Positions 57,412-64,000 of a DNA stretch of 64,000 nt are shown one piece after another. Made by a program: the position numbers and the translations under genes. Each line of letters begins with the position of its first letter. The stretch's first letter is position 1. Under the pieces are notes generated by a model that worked only from the letters and a program-made list of their open reading frames with translations, made no database searches and was not told the DNA's origin. Source of the DNA: Bacteroidales bacterium (GTDB lineage Bacteria > Bacteroidota > Bacteroidia > Bacteroidales > VadinHA17); contig JBBQZN010000005.1 in assembly GCA_038207725.1 (NCBI GenBank), forward strand, positions 23,877 to 87,876, read 5' to 3'.

Positions 57412-57511
57412 AGTGCCTAAAGTTCGGAATTCAAAGTTCGGAGTTCGAAGTGCCTAGAGTTCGGAGTGCCTAATAAAAAAACTAAGTACTTCGAATTCCG
57501 AACTCCGAACT
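57412..57511. repeat. composite repeat/hairpin element built from AGTGCCT / AGTTCGG / AGTTCGA heptamers and an inverted copy
   Basis: AGTGCCTAAAGTTCGGA (57412) and AGTGCCTAGAGTTCGGA (57449) are direct copies. AGTTCGGAGTTCGAAGT (57435-57451) is complementary to ACTTCGAA..AACTCCGAACT (57488-57511) with a bulge. The right arm lies inside the last codons of the Atl-like CDS. Confidence 0.8.
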
Positions 57512-57859
57512 ACCAACTTCTTCCAGGGGCTCCCAGAATTTTTCTTCAAAATTGAGGATAGTGTCATCCTCTATGATTATCCCTTCATTTTCAAGGAGCT
57601 GCTGCATTGTAGAGGAGTTTCCGAAGTGATGTTTTCCCGACAGTACGCCGTTCCTGTTAACAACTCTGTGAGCCGGGATGAATTCGGGTTTTGAGTGCGA
57701 TCCGTTCAGTGCCCAGCCAACCATTCTTGCTGACCTTCCTGATCCAAGAAACCTCGCAATTGCTCCGTAGGATGTTACTCTTCCGTAAGGTATAAGTTTT
57801 GTAACATCATACACTCTTTCGAAAAAATCGCTATTCGTTTTTAGTTTTCCGGCTTGCAT
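57482..57859 (-). CDS. alkyltransferase-like (Atl) protein: MGMT DNA-binding domain without the acceptor cysteine
   Basis: About 125 aa from ATG 57859. YGRVTSYGAIARFLG and IPAHRVVNRNG show the canonical PCHRV with Cys replaced by Ala. It overlaps the trmB 3' end by 29 nt. Confidence 0.75.
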   Translation of the reverse strand: MQAGKLKTNSDFFERVYDVTKLIPYGRVTSYGAIARFLGSGRSARMVGWALNGSHSKPEFIPAHRVVNRNGVLSGKHHFGNSSTMQQLLENEGIIIEDDTILNFEEKFWEPLEEVGSSEFGIRST

Positions 57860-58610
57860 CTTCAATTATTTTATCTTTTTCGAGACGGAATGCTATATAG
57901 TTGATGTTAAATCCCTTCGCCATGAAAAGCTTCTCATAATGAGTCTGAATGGAAAGGATCTCACTGCGGAATGTACTGAAAGTTTCAGAATCGACCATGG
58001 CCTCAGTTTTCACAACCGGAATTGATTCATCGGGAGCATTTGCTGAATAGAGGTCGTTTGTTGCATAGATAATCTGCAATCCATTATGAAGCGCGACCTC
58101 TTTAGTGTAATTATAAAGTTCACTGTTATCAGTTTTGAGATGTACAAGCCCGTTGTTTTTCACAAATTGCCTGTAACCATTAAGAAACCATGGTGAGCTG
58201 AGCCTTTTATTTGAATTTCTTAACCCTGGATGAGGATCGGGAAATGTAACCCAGATCTCATCTACCTCATCACTTCTGAAGAATGATGTAACAAATTCAA
58301 TTCTTGTACGGATGAAAGCAACGTTATTCATTTTCTGCTCATTGGCAGTCCGGGCTCCTCTCCACATCCTTGCCCCCTTAATATCAATTCCAATGAAGTT
58401 TTTTTCAGGGAACCGTGCTGCCAGACCTACAGAGTATTCTCCTTTCCCGCATCCAAGTTCGAGTACTACAGGGTTATTGTTCCGGAACATCTCACTGTTC
58501 CATTTGCCTTTAATAGGGTGGTCCTTAGCAAAAACGGAACCTATTTCGGGCTGGATTACATTGGGATATCCTCCCAGTTCGGTCCATCTGGCAAGTTTGT
58601 TTTTACCCAC
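57831..58610 (-). CDS. trmB: tRNA (guanine-N7)-methyltransferase
   Basis: 259 aa with a GTG start, MGKNKLARW... and SAM motif LELGCGKGEY. Confidence 0.85.
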   Translation of the reverse strand: MGKNKLARWTELGGYPNVIQPEIGSVFAKDHPIKGKWNSEMFRNNNPVVLELGCGKGEYSVGLAARFPEKNFIGIDIKGARMWRGARTANEQKMNNVAFIRTRIEFVTSFFRSDEVDEIWVTFPDPHPGLRNSNKRLSSPWFLNGYRQFVKNNGLVHLKTDNSELYNYTKEVALHNGLQIIYATNDLYSANAPDESIPVVKTEAMVDSETFSTFRSEILSIQTHYEKLFMAKGFNINYIAFRLEKDKIIEDASRKTKNE

Positions 58611-58619
58611 TTCAGATGG

Positions 58620-59102
58620 TTATTTACTGATTTTTTCTATCCTCATGCCAACATCATACACACCTTTCAGATCAACTACACGCATACCGTGCTGGATTTT
58701 GAAGATATATAAACCCTTAACCGGGAAATAAACATTTGTCTTGTACGGAAGTTTCATTTCATGTATATCACCAAATCCTTTTCCATACCAGACGCCCTTT
58801 TCATCGGCGAGATTATATTGAAGTGTATCTGTGATACTACTTCCATCGGGAGATGAGGTGCTTACAAACAGATATATATTTCTGAAGGGATAGGCTGAAC
58901 CGGTTCTTATTGTAAAGAAAACATCATTGCTGTTAAGTGTGTCTTTTACCGCGACACTGAATTCAGGTGCATCGGATAGTTTCCAGATCTCCTCAGGCAT
59001 CGGTTCAGCATCTGTAAAAACAACATTGCTGTTGCAGGCTGTAAGAAAGATTGCTGATAAAAAATACAAAATAGATCTAACTCTCTTTAGGCCTCTTGTC
59101 AT
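58620..59102 (-). CDS. gldH: gliding motility lipoprotein GldH
   Basis: ORF trimmed to ATG 59102 (MTRGLKRVRSILYFLSAIFLTAC|NSN). Family-like segments are YPFRNIYLFV, GKGFGDI, IQHGMR and DVGMRIE. It follows the holB-PSP1 pair, as I recall for other Bacteroidota. Confidence 0.8.
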   Translation of the reverse strand: MTRGLKRVRSILYFLSAIFLTACNSNVVFTDAEPMPEEIWKLSDAPEFSVAVKDTLNSNDVFFTIRTGSAYPFRNIYLFVSTSSPDGSSITDTLQYNLADEKGVWYGKGFGDIHEMKLPYKTNVYFPVKGLYIFKIQHGMRVVDLKGVYDVGMRIEKISK

Positions 59103-60237
59103 TGAATCTTCTGTTTTTTCTTTTGTTCTGACTTCTGTTGGGCTTGTTCTTGTTATCGGGTGGATCAAACCTGGTAAGACTGTTGTTTTTCAGGAGGTCC
59201 TGGGAAACCGGTTGTTCTGCTGCCCACGAGTCATCAATCAGTTGAAGACGATCAACTTTTTTGCCTTTTCTGTTTAGCGCCTGAATCTCCTTCACTCTTG
59301 CCACCGGCAATGCAACAAGATTGGCAGTAGTATGCTGGTCTGTTGAATACCAGTATATTCCCTTGTGAACTTCCATCTTGAAGAAATAGGCAGTACAGTC
59401 AAGTGCCTCAAGCGGCACATCCCGCTGGGGAAAGCCTCTCTGAGCATCAAGATAGCAGTCGAGTTCGAAGTTGAGGCAGCATTTAAGCTTACTGCACTGA
59501 CCAGCAAGTTTTTGCGGATTAAGAGATAGTTCCTGATATTTTGCGTGTGTGGTTGTAACGGAGATAAAATTTGTGATGTGGGTCGAGCAGCAAAGTTCTC
59601 TTCCGCATGAGCCTATTCCTCCGATTCTGCCTGCTTCCTGACGGGCACCAATCTGGCGCATCTCTATCCTTACACGGAATTCGTCGGCAAGCACTTTAAT
59701 CAGAGTTCTGAAGTCAACTCTTTCATCTGCAATATAATAGAATATGGCTTTGGTCTTGTCGCCCTGATATTCGACATCACCGATTTTCATATTAAGCTTA
59801 AGCTCCTCAGTGATTTTTCTGGTTCGAAGCATCGTATGAGTCTCAAGTTTTTTGGCCTCTTCCCACTTCTGAATATCAACAGCCTTTGCCTTCCTGTAGA
59901 CTTTTTTCATATCATCAGATGAAGGAAGGACTTTCATCTTTTTCATCTGTTCATCAATCAGGGCACCGACCATTGAAACTCTGCCAATGTCGTGACCGGG
60001 AGACGCTTCAACTGCAACTACGTCACCAATCTCGAGTCTGAGACCGTTTACATTTCTGAAAAAGCCTTTTCGTGTATTCTTGAACCTTATCTCAACTATT
60101 TCATTGACATTCGGGGTGTCGGGAATATCTTTCAGCCAGTTGAATGAATCAAGTTTATTGTAGCCGGGCTTATATGTTATATCAGGCATCCGGCTTTCGT
60201 CTCCGGGTAGTCCCTGATTATCTTCGTTTTCTGTCAT
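59077..60237 (-). CDS. PSP1 domain protein (RicT/YaaT-like)
   Basis: 386 aa. It has a Cys-rich PSP1 core (GSCGRELCCSTH...CSKLKCCLNFE) and a basic C-terminal tail. Confidence 0.85.
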   Translation of the reverse strand: MTENEDNQGLPGDESRMPDITYKPGYNKLDSFNWLKDIPDTPNVNEIVEIRFKNTRKGFFRNVNGLRLEIGDVVAVEASPGHDIGRVSMVGALIDEQMKKMKVLPSSDDMKKVYRKAKAVDIQKWEEAKKLETHTMLRTRKITEELKLNMKIGDVEYQGDKTKAIFYYIADERVDFRTLIKVLADEFRVRIEMRQIGARQEAGRIGGIGSCGRELCCSTHITNFISVTTTHAKYQELSLNPQKLAGQCSKLKCCLNFELDCYLDAQRGFPQRDVPLEALDCTAYFFKMEVHKGIYWYSTDQHTTANLVALPVARVKEIQALNRKGKKVDRLQLIDDSWAAEQPVSQDLLKNNSLTRFDPPDNKNKPNRSQNKRKNRRFNDKRPKES

Positions 60238-60304
60238 AAAGTTTTCGTTCTGCCAAAATTACCCGGCAAAAATAGTGAATAAAAGCTTAATTTCAACAAA
60301 CAGG

Positions 60305-61438
60305 TTAAGATGAGCGGATAAGCCGCGTGACTTTTAATGCCATATCGAGGAAAACAATTTTGGCATTACCATTGGCTTCTATGTGTGAATGGACAAGATT
60401 AAACTCTTCTGTAAGCGGATAAATATTATCCTGAGTGATGAAAGGGTGAAACTTTCCTGAGAAATCCTTTTCCTCCCCTGTGAGGAAAACGAGCTGATTT
60501 TTGAGTTGATCGAGTGTCAGCATAAGATTCTCGCGGAGAATCCTCAGCGAGAATGTGATAAAACTTTTCTGCGCTTCTCTTCCGGTTGTAGCTATCTCTT
60601 CTGACCAGGTAATAATTGAAAGTATATCACGCTTATAGGCAAATCTCATAAGGCTTCTGAACCTTTCGAGGTTTGCTATTGAAGTCTCTTCATTGCCCGA
60701 CATTTCTATTGCCCGGTTTATATTTCCTCCGGAAACATGAGCGAAGTCAGCCGCTTTTTCCGGGTTTATTTCAAGTTTGCCGATCAGATATTTTTCAATA
60801 TCACTGTTTGAGAATGTCGGGATCTTAACAAGCTGGCATCTTGAAAGTATTGTTGGTATAACTTTAGCCGGATCTTCCGAAACCAGAAGAAATAGAGTTT
60901 TTTCGGGCGGCTCCTCAATCATCTTAAGCAACTTGTTTGATGTTGCCTGATGCATCTTCTCGGGGAGCCATATTATCATAATCTTGTACTCCGACTCAAA
61001 TGTTTTGAGGCTGAGTTTTTTAATTATTTCCGAAGCCTCCGAAGCGAATATCATCCCCTGTGCATTTCCAACTTCGATAAAGTTGAACCAATCATTAATT
61101 GAAAAGAATGGAGACTTCCTTACGAAGTCTCTCCATTCTTCAATATAATTATCACTGACCGGATCAGTAGCTTTCTTTCCTTTGATTACCGGAAAAACGA
61201 AATGAAGATCGGGATGGATCATCTTATCGTATTTCACACACGATTTGCATGTTCCGCAGGAATCTGATTCGCTCCTGTTTTCGCAGCTGACATATCTGGC
61301 ATAGGCTAAAGCCATTGCCATACTGCCGCATCCTTCAGGACCGGCAAACAACTGCGCGTGGCTCACACGCTCTTCCTTCACCGACCGGAGCAGCTTTACT
61401 TTAATATCGTTTTGTCCGGGGATCTGAGAAAAATTCAT
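60305..61438 (-). CDS. holB: DNA polymerase III subunit delta'
   Basis: 377 aa with HAQLFAGPEGCGSMAMALAYA, a zinc module (CGTCKSCVK) and an SRC motif (ILSRCQ). Confidence 0.85.
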   Translation of the reverse strand: MNFSQIPGQNDIKVKLLRSVKEERVSHAQLFAGPEGCGSMAMALAYARYVSCENRSESDSCGTCKSCVKYDKMIHPDLHFVFPVIKGKKATDPVSDNYIEEWRDFVRKSPFFSINDWFNFIEVGNAQGMIFASEASEIIKKLSLKTFESEYKIMIIWLPEKMHQATSNKLLKMIEEPPEKTLFLLVSEDPAKVIPTILSRCQLVKIPTFSNSDIEKYLIGKLEINPEKAADFAHVSGGNINRAIEMSGNEETSIANLERFRSLMRFAYKRDILSIITWSEEIATTGREAQKSFITFSLRILRENLMLTLDQLKNQLVFLTGEEKDFSGKFHPFITQDNIYPLTEEFNLVHSHIEANGNAKIVFLDMALKVTRLIRSS

Positions 61439-61473
61439 AGGTAAAATATCTTACTGGAAAGAAAATTATCCGG

Positions 61474-61974
61474 TTATTTTACTGCTGCAAGAGCAGGATC
61501 ATAATCCGGTTCATTAACTGTTTCAGGAACCAGTTGTGTATAAACAACATTCCCTTTTTCATCAACAACAACAACACTGCGGGCATAAAGGCCAGCCAAT
61601 GGTCCGTCAATAATGTCCACACCATAAGCCTTACCAAACCCTGAATCGCGGAAACCCGAAAGAGTTACCACATTGGTGATACCTTCTGTTGAGCAGAAAC
61701 GGCCATGTGCAAAAGGAAGATCTTTTGAAATTGCCAGAACAACAGTATTACTGGTTCCTGCTGCAAGTTTATTGAATGCGCGTACTGATGCGGCGCAGGT
61801 TGCAGTATCGAGACTTGGGAATATATTCAGAATGAGCTTCTTCCCGTGAAGATCTGATAACGACTGTGTGCTGAGATCCGATTTAACAAGTTTAAAATCC
61901 GGAGCCTTGCTCCCTTTTTTTGGAAGGTCTCCTGATGTATTTACAGGATTTCCTTTGAGTGTAATTTTTGCCAT
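61474..61974 (-). CDS. tpx: thiol peroxidase
   Basis: 166 aa with the Tpx motif [13 protein letters not shown]. Confidence 0.9.
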   Translation of the reverse strand: MAKITLKGNPVNTSGDLPKKGSKAPDFKLVKSDLSTQSLSDLHGKKLILNIFPSLDTATCAASVRAFNKLAAGTSNTVVLAISKDLPFAHGRFCSTEGITNVVTLSGFRDSGFGKAYGVDIIDGPLAGLYARSVVVVDEKGNVVYTQLVPETVNEPDYDPALAAVK

Positions 61975-61984
61975 AACTTTTTTT

Positions 61985-61992
61985 CAAATTTA
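61985..61992 (-). promoter_or_regulatory. -7 box (TAnnTTTG) for tpx
   Basis: The minus strand reads TAAATTTG, only 11 nt upstream of ATG 61974. This would give a very short leader. Confidence 0.35.
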
Positions 61993-62056
61993 ATTAATCT
62001 TTTCCAAGTGGAAACACATATAACTGCTGATTGGTTCATCTTGTGCTAAGTTCCCT

Positions 62057-62148
62057 TAAGCGCAGAGATCCGCAGCGTAAATACGCTGAGGAGCGCAAAG
62101 TATTATATATAAGCGCTTTAGCTCTGCGTTGCTCTGCGTACCTCAGTG
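62057..62148. repeat. GC-rich element with 10-bp-phased CGCAGAG repeats in both orientations (tpx/pgk intergenic)
   Basis: CGCAGAG is at 62061 and CGCAGCG at 62071 on the plus strand. GCTCTGCG (the reverse complement of CGCAGAGC) is at 62121 and 62131. There is an AAGCGCTT palindrome at 62111 and a CGCTGAGG/CCTCAGTG pair at 62084/62141. Confidence 0.75.
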
Positions 62149-62240
62149 ATAAAATAAATTTCCGGTATTGCAATTTGCAAAAAGCAATCAAAGTCTGTAT
62201 TTAGTTGATTTAAGTCATTTAAATATTTCCAAAAAAAATG

Positions 62241-62248
62241 TAGGTTTG
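62241..62248 (+). promoter_or_regulatory. -7 box (TAnnTTTG) for pgk
   Basis: TAGGTTTG, 40 nt upstream of ATG 62288. Confidence 0.45.
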
Positions 62249-62287
62249 CAGGAGGAATAATATTCATCAAATAAAAATATCTGAAAT

Positions 62288-63550
62288 ATGAAAATGATTC
62301 AGGACTTTAATTTCAAAGGGAAAAAAGCAATAGTAAGGGTTGATTTTAACGTTCCCCTCGACAAAAAGACATTTGCAGTAACTGACGATACCCGTATAAG
62401 GGGAGCTCTGCTTACTATCAACAAGATCGTCGATGATGGTGGTTGTCTGATACTTATGTCGCATCTTGGAAGACCTGAGGGCCCAATGGAAAAGTATTCG
62501 CTAAAACCGGTTCTGCCTGTTTTGGAAAAGCTTCTTGGCAAAAAAGTACTCTTTGCCGATGATTGCCTTGGTGAATCAGCCGTTAAGATGTCGGCGGCTC
62601 TCAAACCAGGCGAGATTCTTCTTCTCGAAAACGTACGTTTTTATCCCGAAGAAGAAGGCAAGCCAATTCTTCCTGAAGGTGTTTCCGAGGAAGTAAAGAA
62701 AGCTGCAAAAAATGAGATGAAGGTTAAGCAGAAGGAGATGGCGAAGAAACTTGCAAGCTATGGTGAGATCTATGTGAATGATGCATTCGGAACAGCTCAC
62801 AGAGCACATGCATCTACTGCTGTAATGGCCGATAATTTTGATACCGAAAAGAGAATGTTCGGGTTCCTTATAAACAGCGAGCTTATTGCAATGGATAAAG
62901 TTCTTAAAGATCCACAGAGACCTTTTACTGCGATAATGGGTGGTGCAAAAGTATCCGACAAGATTATGCTTATCGAAAACCTTCTTAACAGGGTTGACAA
63001 TATAATAATAGGTGGTGGTATGACCTATACCTTTGTTAAGGCAATGGGCGGACATATCGGTAAGTCACTCTGCGAAGAGGATAAACTTGAACTCGCTCTG
63101 AGTCTTCTTGCAAAAGCAAAAGAAAAAGGAGTGAAAATTTATCTTCCTGTCGACAGTCTAAATGCTGATAAATTTGACAATGAGGCCAATACCGCAGTTT
63201 CTGCTGTTGGTGCAGTTCCTGAAGGATGGCTTGGTCTGGATATAGCTGAGAAAACAATCAAAGAGTTCTCAACAGTTATCGAAAACTCAAAAACTATCCT
63301 CTGGAATGGTCCGATGGGAGTTTTCGAAATGGAGAAATTCTCAAAAGGAACAACTGCCGTAGCAAAAGCAATAGCAGCCGCAACAGCAAAAGGCGCTTAC
63401 TCACTTATAGGTGGCGGCGACTCAGTAGCAGCCATAAACAAGAACGGACTTGCTGATAAGGTAAGTTATGTTTCAACCGGTGGCGGTGCCATGCTTGAGT
63501 ATATGGAAGGTAAGAAGCTTCCGGGGATTACTGCTATAAGAGGAGAATAG
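62288..63550 (+). CDS. pgk: phosphoglycerate kinase
   Basis: 420 aa with [14 protein letters not shown], the SHLGRP motif and C-terminal GGGDS/STGGGA. Confidence 0.95.
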   Translation: MKMIQDFNFKGKKAIVRVDFNVPLDKKTFAVTDDTRIRGALLTINKIVDDGGCLILMSHLGRPEGPMEKYSLKPVLPVLEKLLGKKVLFADDCLGESAVKMSAALKPGEILLLENVRFYPEEEGKPILPEGVSEEVKKAAKNEMKVKQKEMAKKLASYGEIYVNDAFGTAHRAHASTAVMADNFDTEKRMFGFLINSELIAMDKVLKDPQRPFTAIMGGAKVSDKIMLIENLLNRVDNIIIGGGMTYTFVKAMGGHIGKSLCEEDKLELALSLLAKAKEKGVKIYLPVDSLNADKFDNEANTAVSAVGAVPEGWLGLDIAEKTIKEFSTVIENSKTILWNGPMGVFEMEKFSKGTTAVAKAIAAATAKGAYSLIGGGDSVAAINKNGLADKVSYVSTGGGAMLEYMEGKKLPGITAIRGE

Positions 63551-63651
63551 AAGAAAGAAGGGGAGAAGAGGAGACTGAGAGAGGGAAGCAGTTAGCAGCA
63601 ACCGGCGTGTGGGACAGGCTATCCGACATTTAAAATTTAAATTTTATACGG

Positions 63652-64000
63652 ATGAAAAAGACAGCGGTTATTTCGATATTTCTTGTGGTATTATTCTCAG
63701 CTTGTACCAAAGTGGAGCCAACCCGTACTTCCGGTGTGGAAACACTGGATAATATCAGATATCAGAGTACAACATATTTTTATTATGGGTTTTCTTTTTC
63801 AACAGCCAAACTTGTCTCTACTGTAATCAGTCAGGGATATGACATAGTACTTTATGTAAACACCGACAATCCGGAAAGAAGAATCACATTCCAGTCAAAT
63901 AATCTTAAGCCCTCTTTTTATAAGGCAGGTGATTATGCTGATGAGGCAGCGGCAATAGCAGCATTTGACAATCTTAAAACTGTTTCTGTTACCACATGGT
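63652..64000 (+). CDS. lipoprotein of unknown function, N-terminal part only (runs off the right edge)
   Basis: Hand translation from ATG 63652 gives MKKTAVISIFLVVLFSAC|TKVEPTRTSG... The frame stays open to the window end. Confidence 0.5.
   Translation, partial: MKKTAVISIFLVVLFSACTKVEPTRTSGVETLDNIRYQSTTYFYYGFSFSTAKLVSTVISQGYDIVLYVNTDNPERRITFQSNNLKPSFYKAGDYADEAAAIAAFDNLKTVSVTTW

Noticed and set aside
57435-57511. GTTCGAA / TTCGAAT strings reminiscent of a tRNA T-arm.
   Set aside because: No acceptor, D or anticodon arms can be drawn. The strings are part of the heptamer repeat element.
63551-63651. A purine-rich tract (AAGAAAGAAGGGGAGAAGAGGAGACTGAGAGAGGGAAG) downstream of pgk.
   Set aside because: It has no hairpin, repeat periodicity or ORF. 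It is probably just spacer sequence, and I could not assign a function.

Overview
This is a dense, almost fully coding 64-kb chromosomal segment that looks like core genome of a Bacteroidota (Bacteroidia-like) organism. I support 54 CDS, two of them truncated at the window edges. I saw no rRNA, tRNA, CRISPR array, integrase, transposase or recognisable defence system. The phylum call rests on a complete porP-gldK-gldL-gldM-gldN type IX secretion (T9SS) core, plus gldH, porX and a PorW/SprE-like lipoprotein. It is also supported by the conserved block radA / LPG-synthase-TM-like / panD / panC <> glgA-like / DUF4270-like / glmS, and by TAnnTTTG -7 promoter boxes upstream of many genes. Housekeeping genes include rbfA, trpS, metG, topA, a class A PBP, radA, panCD, glmS, pgk, tpx, holB, trmB, tsaE, an Mrp/ApbC ATPase and NifU. 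There is also a nucleotide-sugar block: Wbp-type diacetamido-uronic acid genes followed by galE and rfbB. The best candidate for an undescribed system is a tightly packed four-gene plus-strand operon at about 8516-15077. It encodes an inner-membrane-anchored protein with a beta-propeller-like C-terminus, a 709-aa lipoprotein, a 491-aa outer-membrane barrel with a PorP/SprF-like N-terminal signature, and a 62-aa membrane protein. It lies about 3 kb from the T9SS core cluster. Other points worth a second look are listed here.
- An arginase-fold protein that appears to have lost its metal ligands, sitting between topA and porP.
- A 4-nt ATGA overlap coupling the PorW/SprE-like gene to porX.
- Three families of short, phased intergenic repeats, one of which supplies the last codons and the stop of an Atl-like gene.
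- A half-length GlgA-like protein, and a DUF4954-like beta-helix protein next to glmS.
All family assignments come from motif reading and memory of family signatures. No database search was run.
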